Assembly (NCBI GenBank): GCA_012295275.1
Contig: CM022675.1
Coordinates: 9,982,001 to 10,046,000 of the forward strand
Origin: Chrysomallon squamiferum
Taxonomy: Eukaryota > Animalia > Mollusca
Direction: 5' to 3'
Length of the DNA: 64,000 bases
In this document: in pieces, positions 55,701 through 64,000 of the stretch
Position numbering within the stretch: position 1 is the stretch's first letter
How the letters are laid out: the number at the start of each line of letters is the position of its first letter
Position numbers and translations under genes: made by a program
Notes under the pieces: generated by a model
Databases searched by the model: none
Told to the model about the DNA's origin: nothing
What the model saw: the letters and a program-made list of their open reading frames with translations, nothing else

Positions 55701-58700
55701 CAGCCTCTCTATGAAGTCAATCTTTGGTATCGTCTTCCCAGCCAGGTACTTCATCGCGTAAGCAGCGCTGACCGATTTTTTCAGACTGTCGAAAACACTG
55801 TCGCAGTTCTCCACGTTAACTGACAGCGGCTTCACCGGGACCTTTTTCAAATAGCCATCGATGACTCCATCGCAGCGATCATCACCATCGTCATCAACAT
55901 CATCGTCATCATCGTCTTCACCACCATTGCTGTCTTCAGAATAAATTTCTACTGCATTGCTGCTGCTGTTGTTGTTGTTGTTGTTGTTGGGTGCCTCTGG
56001 CACCACACAGTTGAAATTCACTTTTCGCTTGGCTAATCCGAGCGTTTTCATGGCTTCGGTGGCTATCACAGTGGTCAGTGGACTGCTGCAGACGTGGTCG
56101 CACTTCTGCAAGGAAATCTTGATTTCTCTCGGACTATCACAGATGAATCTCAGTGCAGATTTGGCTGGACTGGGACCAGATTTATTTGGGCTAGACCCAG
56201 ATTTATAAGAGCTTGTCCCAGCTCTCACTGGACTAGACCCAGTTTTGACTGGACTAGACCCAGCTTTGACTGGACTAGACCCAGTTTTGACTGGGCTAGA
56301 CCCAGTTTTGACTGGACTAGACCCAACTTTGACTGGACTAGACCCAGCTTTGACTGGACTAGAACCAGATTTGACTGGACTAGAACCAGATTTGACTGGG
56401 CTAGACCCACATTTGACTGGGCTAGACACAGACTTATAAGAGCTTGTCCCAGATTTGACTGGACTAGACCCACATTTGAGATGTTCTGACACAGATTTTG
56501 CAGCTGTCTTGCCATTACAAGAACACTTTTGAGGTGAATTTTTTGTGCTCGTCTTTTCCGATTTGCAAACGCTGCCTTCAGACTTGACAGTTTGTTTCAA
56601 AAAGCTTGTGATCTTGTTTCTGTCATTCGCCAAGTCTGAATGAGAAAGACATTCTTTTTCACACCACCAGCAGAGCTGTCAGTTCTGCAATTCAAACTCT
56701 TCGTTCCAGTTAAAGATTTCGAGCTGGAGGAAGATCTCGCACTGATTCGAAATGACACTTCACTATCCACTGTGTAATCACCCTTACCCGAGCTGATGGC
56801 AGACAAACCGTTGGAAACACTTTCTTCTTTGACATTTTTTCTCACCACCCTTCGCATACCGAGTCTTTTGGAGTACCTTCTTTCCCTCTTGCTGCTGAAC
56901 AGTCTCGAGGGACACAAAGGAGCAGATTTCACCAAGTCAGGAGAGGTAAGTTTGGATGATAAAATTTTCATTATGCTGATGTTACCACCACCAACACCTT
57001 CAGTTTTTACCACCTCCAACTGCAGAGTGTGATTGCAAGTGACAGGTGTCTCTGATTTTATGTCGGCCATTGCTACATTACCGTCTCCCGTCTGCTCGTC
57101 CATATTTCCAGAATCTACTGCACTCTTCTTGTCTGGGTCCTTCTTCTGTGTCTTGGTGTCTGCTTCCTCACCAACATCCTCCATTTTTACTTTATCGCCA
57201 TCTTCTGCTGGGGATCCGTCAATTTCATCGCAGCCGCCATTGTTTAGCAAACAGTTTTCTCTCTCTTCTTTCGGAATGCCAGACTCTGTGTCAGTTGTTG
57301 CTGTTTTCTTGCCTCCTTCAAGGAAGGTCTGCATGGTGGGTTTGGAGGCAGGTTCCTCCTCCTGCTGCTGCTTGATGTGGTTGGCGGGAATTTTGGATTT
57401 CAGGTCTGCCTGAGCTCTGTGTAGTTCTTTCTCCGCGTCTTCGAGGTAACAGAGCAGACAGCGGAGAAGTTCCTGAGCATCGTGTTGAAGATTTCCTTCA
57501 AACATCGGGTTGAGCAATCTGAGTAGTAGTAATAATAATAACAATAACAATAATAATAATAACAGTAGTAGTAGTAGTAGTAATAATAATAATATTAGTA
57601 ATAGTAATAATAGTAATAATAATAATAATAACAGTAACAATAGTAGTAATAATAATAGTAGTAATAATAATAATAATAATAATATTAGGTAATAGTAATA
57701 ATAGTAATAATATTAGTAACAGTAATAATAATAATAATAATAATATTAATATTAATATTGATAATAATAGTAATAATAATGATAATAATAGTAATAATAA
57801 TAGTAACAATAGTAGTAATAATAATAATAGTAATAATAGTAGTAATAATAATAATAATAATAGTAATAATAATAATAGTAACAATAGTAACCATAATAAT
57901 AGTAATAATAATAATAATAGTAACAATAGTAATAATAATAATAATAATAGCAACAACAATAATTGTAATACTACTGCTACTATTACTAAAAATAGTAATA
58001 AACTAGCACAATAATAAAAAATATATATTAATATTTTATAACAATAATAATAATAATAGTAGTAATAATAATAATAATAATAATAACAATAATAGTAATA
58101 ATAATAATAGCAATAATTGTACTACCACTACTACTAATAATAGTAAAAATAGTAATAAACCGAAATATTACTAGCACAATAAAAAAAATATATATTAATA
58201 TTTTATAACAATAATAATAATAATAATAATAATATAAAAATATTAGTAATAAATCTCAATACTAAAAAAATAATAAAAGAGAATAATAATAAATAATTAA
58301 AAAAAAAAAATATATAAAAAATATAAACAACACAACAAATCGTAAATACAATATAATATCATAAATTATAACAGCAAAAAAAAAAAAATAAAAAAATAAA
58401 ATACATATATCAAAAATAAGATATGGAAATATTATAAATGTTACAAACTAAAAACTCACCTAATAATATCTAAAACATTATCAGGCTTCACAGCCATACT
58501 TGTTACATCAGCACTGGCAATTTCAAAATACCTCTCCTCTCTTTTCTCCATATTCTTATACAGCTGAAAATTAATTAATTAATCAATTAAACACTATAAA
58601 AGATATTGTAATTAGTACATTTTATCAAACAAAATATTTACCTCAATATTTTTTTTTATACCTTTATGTTATTTTTTATATATATATAAAAATTTGACTA

Positions 58701-61330
58701 AGAGTGTTTTATATACATCCATATTAGTGTATGAAAAATCTGATTCAATCTAATCAATATACTATATTATTATTTTGAATAAAAAAATTGTTTTTCTGTG
58801 TGTGAAAAAAATTATTTTGGCATGAATGAAAGTATGTGGAAAGTAAGTGCAAAATGGCAAAATGATCCATAAATTTTTTTTTTTTTTAAATGTGATTTTG
58901 CACATTGTAAATGTAAATGATATTCACTATATTAAACTGGACCAATGAAAATGTAATATATACCAGAGGTTTTTGTTGTAACTCAATGCATTATGACTAT
59001 TAAAAGTTATCATTTTAAGCACAGAAGAAATGACAATTTATGACTGCTATAATCATAGAGTTATTTAACAAGAGATCCTATTACAACTTAAAATTTTATG
59101 ACTCTTAAAAAAAGAAGGATAACACTTTTATATAAACATACAGGAAGTCAAAAGCAGGACAGTTAAAGTGATCATTTTAAGTACAGGGGAAGTCAAACTC
59201 GTAACTGAAGAGGTATGTAACAAAATATTCTGTTATAACTCAAAATTTTGTGATCATTAAAAGTGATCGTTTAAGTACAGAGTAAACAAGAACAATTAGA
59301 GTTATAGTCACTCAGAGGTCTTGCCTCATACTGTAAGAGAAGGCAGGCCTGCCATCCCTTATGTTTTATAATGAATTCACCCACCATTCGTTGGTAATGG
59401 CAACAACATCTGCCACATGTTTGTTTAGTGAACTTCATTTTGTATTATAAATTAAACAGACACTTTGATTTTTATTTAATTGCTAGTACAATAAACTTGT
59501 TAACAGTTAATGCATTTGATGCAGTTATTTATAGGAGTATTTTTGACAAACAAGTAATTTGAACATTGTTCAAAGTACTTGTACCCTGAACATTTTCAGT
59601 ATCATCCCTTTGTTTAACTTGCACCAGTTACACTAATTCCCACCATCCCTTTCACAAATGTTGGGGAGACAACTGTCAGTAAAAGTATTTAACCTGAGAT
59701 TCGGTTGTAATTTAAAATTTGTGACTGTTGAAGAGATCATTTTAAGTATAGAGTACGTGAAAATCATGAACGTATTTAAGTCAGTGTATTTTGCATGTTT
59801 AGCTGATGTCTGTTTTATTTTATATTTTTAATTAAATTACTGTAAAAAGTTGCTTCACAAGCTGCCATGCTAGAAGTTTATCTTCCTTTTCTTCTTTCTG
59901 AACCTGTAAAAAATTGTTAATAATTTAGAATAACTTATGAAATTTTATCTTTTGAACAATTCAGTTTTTGAAATTTGTATTAACAAATCTGACATTTACC
60001 AATATAAGCTTAATATTTTACTATAACATTTTTAAAAATTAAAAAAAAAAAAAAAAAAAAAAAAATGTAATGAAATATCAGTCTACATTTTCAGTGGAAA
60101 TATTCTTGAATAGTAATTCAGCTTTTTTGTAAATGCCCACATGCAGAAATCCTGTTATTAACTGCTAAAAATAACATTAATGTTCTAAGGTCATTTTCAT
60201 GAAAATATCCTCTTTGAAATCCTTAATAAATAAATAAATAAATAAAAAATAAAATAAAAATTTTAGTCAAGAATTTATTCTATTTTCAGTGTTCTAGAAT
60301 TTTCAACATGTTGCATATTCAAATTGGCAGGGAATATGAATTTATAAAATCACGTGGCTTATGTAGTCTGGATGTCAACATGATTACTGTTTAGAGCAGT
60401 TACAAGATATACATTACTTTATTGTTTGCTGCATCAGCATTTCTTGTTTTCTCCACCATAACAATTTCCCTAAAGAGATTCCCTAGCCCATCGAGAAAGT
60501 CAGGTGTGTATCGTAACACCTGTAAAACACTGTTCAGGTAGCAAGTGTTACCTGTAATTAAAAGGTAAAAACAGGTAAAAAAGAAGAAACAAAAAAAAAA
60601 ATGACTGAATATAAAAGTAAATTCAAATATTAAACACACAAACATACAAAAACAACCTTATTTATAATACTTAAAAAAAAAAAAAAAAAAAAAAAAATCA
60701 CACACCATAAAAATTAATCCACATTTTAAACACGCACACACACACACACATTCAAATCCCCCACTCTGGCAGCTTTAATATGACACCTCCTACCAAATCC
60801 ACACTAAACTCACCAATATTCAGGAAGGAGCTAACAGGAGGTACTGTGGGGCCTTCTTTGGGTGCAAAACTCCTCGAGTCATCAGCTAGATTTTCTGTGG
60901 TGACCCCATCAAATGTAGAACTGTGATCATCAGAATCATCACTGAAATAAAATAAATAAAAATAAAATAAAATAATAAAAAAACATATCTGTCCACTTGC
61001 ATTGTCAGTATCACTGAGAAAGCATTTTTTAAATATTAACATGAGTTAGTATTTTAAATTGTCTTTAAAAACAAATGTTTTGCTTTGATAACTGATACTT
61101 CAGATTTGATTGATATGCTTTATTAACAATACATTTTTTTACACATAAAATAGACATTCCACATTTAAAACAGATATTTATTATTTAAGATTCTGAATTT
61201 AATATATATTTTCAGTAATCTTTCATAATATCTTTAAATGATGATTCAGTTTTACATGTATAAAACCATTTAAAAGAAAAAAGAACCAAAAGAAAAGAAA
61301 GCAACAAAAAACCCCAATAACTAAATAAAT

Positions 61331-61417
<87 letters not shown>

Positions 61418-61630
61418 AATAATAATAACAAATAAACAAACAACAACAAAATATACTTTTAAAAATAAATATAAACATTACTCTTTATTGATGTCTTGAG
61501 GTGTAGTTCCCTGTCGCTCACCAGGTGGCACTGCAGGTACTTCTCCATTTTTCCTAAATGTGCTCTGCAGGGACAATTTTGGCCTCTTACGTGCTGGACC
61601 GGTTGGTTCATCATTAGCAACCACCATCAT
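52722..61630 (-). CDS. USP1: Ubiquitin carboxyl-terminal hydrolase 1 (USP1-like, peptidase C19), with two apparent frame breaks
   Basis: Exons 61630-61482, 60941-60814, 60551-60418, 59903-59841, 58563-58460, 57518-55568, 54889-54706, 53989-53879 and 53237-52722. Cys box NIGNTCYLNSVLQVL; LNPMFEGNLQHDAQELLRCLL; FQGTMMLRTRCLECE; DNKYYCDHCLRYVEAERS; HLKRF; His box HAGMTISLGHY; WLECDD; SPYVLFY. N-terminal RKRPKLSL is also USP1-like. Confidence 0.92.
54867..55200. repeat. Tandem repeat, about 75-bp unit (4 copies), of a USP1 intron-exon junction
   Basis: GACAGGCACGACTCATCACAGTCTGTACAGAAAATAGAGTTTAAATTACACACAC.. is repeated. The first copy contains the real acceptor at 54889/54890. Confidence 0.9.
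56160..56474 (-). repeat. Coding 21-bp minisatellite encoding 15 xGSSPVK-type heptads within USP1
   Basis: TTTGACTGGACTAGACCCAG-type units, in frame in ORF 55545-56633. Confidence 0.95.
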
Positions 61631-61658
61631 TCAGCAGATCTGAAATAATGTCTATTAA

Positions 61659-61689
<31 letters not shown>

Positions 61690-61883
61690 CAATAATAATA
61701 ATAATAAAAATCACAGGCACATATTATAAGAGTGCTATGCATCAGTCATATTTATATACAGATTTGCCATCCACTTTCAAGTATGTTACATACAGGCTGA
61801 ATGCATATCTGTACGAGTTACAGTGAAAATATTTTTATGCTCCAATTTGTTTTTGTTTTTTGTGTGTCTTGCATGTTTGACTA

Positions 61884-61943
<60 letters not shown>

Positions 61944-63672
61944 TGTGTGCATCCCTAATAAATGCTACTGTTATATTATTCCGTTTTTGTTTATTCGTCA
62001 CCTAGTTTCCTGTGATCATTTCGGCAAATCTTTGATCAAAATTTCATACATCACATTTATTAACAGTACTCTCACTATATGTCACATAATACAAGATCAA
62101 TAATCAAACATATTCAACACAGACATAAAAATGTTAAAACATTCTTATCATTGATTCATACCCATTCAGTCACTGCCGGTATGACATTAGCACGATTCCA
62201 AAATTATAGACTGTCAGTGTGTTTTATCGGCTAGGATTTACAAGGTTTTCCCAGTTACAAAATATAACTCAACTATGACATTTATGGAAAAAAATTACCT
62301 TCATATATTAAAAAGGCTTTCTGAAACATACTTCGTACCAGATACACATCTCATAAGATTGTACGATCATTGATTTTTTGTCAATTTATAACCAAAGAGC
62401 CCGCGGTACACAAACGTTGGACTGGTCTCTTGGCGGCATATAAACACACAGAAAAACGACAGTAAAAGCGTAATACTAAATTGTTTAACAGTCGTAATTC
62501 ACTGACAAAGACATTATTTTAGATATTTAGAATTCTCTGCTAATATTGTTTCATAAACAGAAAAAACAAAGGAATTACTTTTCAATAAACATACATTTTA
62601 CGTAACCCCCAAAATGACTGAAACTACTGTTATATGTAAAAGTTTATGTTTATCTGTCAAGCTAAGGTTTATTTTCTACCTTTAAACAAAGCATCAACTG
62701 TTGAAAATCGATATTAAGAACTTTAGAATTATTTATGTTTAACTTTGCCGAAGTTATAATTAAAGACTATTTATAATTAACTGAAAAGTAATTAAGCAAA
62801 TTAATAAACAATATATATAAACAAAATTGTTTATTATATATAAAACATTTTAATGAACTGTTCGACCCCTTTCGTGACAAATCATTAATTTATACGGATT
62901 ATAATGAAAGAATGAATGAATGAATGAATAAATAAATAAATATGTTTAATAATAAAAAAAATATTTGTGTAATACAATCACTTTATTAAATTGGCCGGGC
63001 GAAATTGTTCCAAGTATTATTAAATTCCCTATGTGATCCTTCAACACACAAGAAGGTGTATCGAATTCAATATATATGCACTTATTTTCTTAATTTTCAC
63101 ACCATTATTTAGTCAAAATATTCTCTTAATTATATATTTGTATTAAAGTGACTACTTTTTTGTAATTAAAGTGACTACTTTAACCTTAAGGACGCAAGGA
63201 GCGCTAAGCTATCCTTGTTATTTTGTGGATCATTTTGGAAAAGGAGGATATCAAAAGATAAAACGAAAATATGGAGATATTAAATGGCGGAGTTAAGTTG
63301 TTTTAGCGGCATTATTTGACTAAGTATAATATTTCAGTATTCATTAATTATGTATATCGTCGATTAAAAAATATAATAATAAAAATAAAAAATTAGCCCA
63401 TTTACGATGCAGACTAGAACGATATTAAAACGTTAGTCTGTAGCCTGAAATGAGACGAATTTTATTTGAAGTTTATGGCTATAACAAGTGTGAAGTTATT
63501 CTTTGATTTATCATATGTCTAAGTCTATGTCTGTGTATCACAAGTAAAAAAAAAAAAAAAAAAAAAAAAACAACAACAACAAAACAACAACCAACCAAAC
63601 AAACAAATAAGTAAATAATAAAAATTGAGTCAATAAATTATTTCTACATTACTAATTCAGATGAGAATTGGT

Positions 63673-63732
<60 letters not shown>

Positions 63733-63752
63733 TAAATAAATAAATTAGGGAT

Positions 63753-63794
<42 letters not shown>

Positions 63795-64000
63795 AAAATA
63801 ATAAAAAAAAAATAATGTTTAGGCTTGACAGATCTGGGCAAACTTTTTATTGCTGTAAATTTCTTTCTTTCTTTCTTTTAATATTTTTTTAAATACATGT
63901 AACCAGCCTAGTAAAAATGTGAAACCCAAAGACATAAGATTATTAAAATTAGTAATAAATTCTTTAGCAAAAACATCACAACAAATTAATAAATAAAATT

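Noticed and set aside
55957-57413. Plus-strand ORFs with TGLDP/FDWTRPS repeats
   Set aside because: Antisense shadows of the USP1 coding minisatellite and exon.
57519-57640. Poly-Leu start of the 347-aa USP1 ORF
   Set aside because: Intronic trinucleotide repeat. The exon starts at 57518.
52722-61630. USP1 as a pseudogene
   Set aside because: All catalytic boxes and splice sites are intact. The two breaks fall in A-runs of low-complexity inserts and each is fixed by one base.

Overview
Eukaryotic (metazoan) genomic DNA that is very AT-rich and full of microsatellites. Most of the supplied ORFs are simple-repeat artefacts. It is probably a mollusc, possibly a gastropod; this is inference from gene content and a recurring interspersed repeat. 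Genes rebuilt by hand from GT-AG junctions, in order: (1) 3' end of a semaphorin-5-like gene (+). (2) A core-2/I-branching beta-1,6-GlcNAc transferase (+). (3) An 11-exon alkylglycerol monooxygenase, AGMO (-). (4) A complete C17orf98/SPMAP1-like gene (-), with two, possibly three, additional N-terminal-half modules on the same strand, two of them upstream with their own start codons and promoter-like DNA. (5) A tandem pair of unrecognised six-exon genes for small signal-peptide, acidic, single-pass proteins (+). (6) USP1 (-), with a 15-heptad SPxK insert and two frame breaks. Also present: a hAT-type MITE, a near-perfect hairpin, and several tandem repeats seeded from splice junctions. Coordinates were read by eye and may be off by a few bases.
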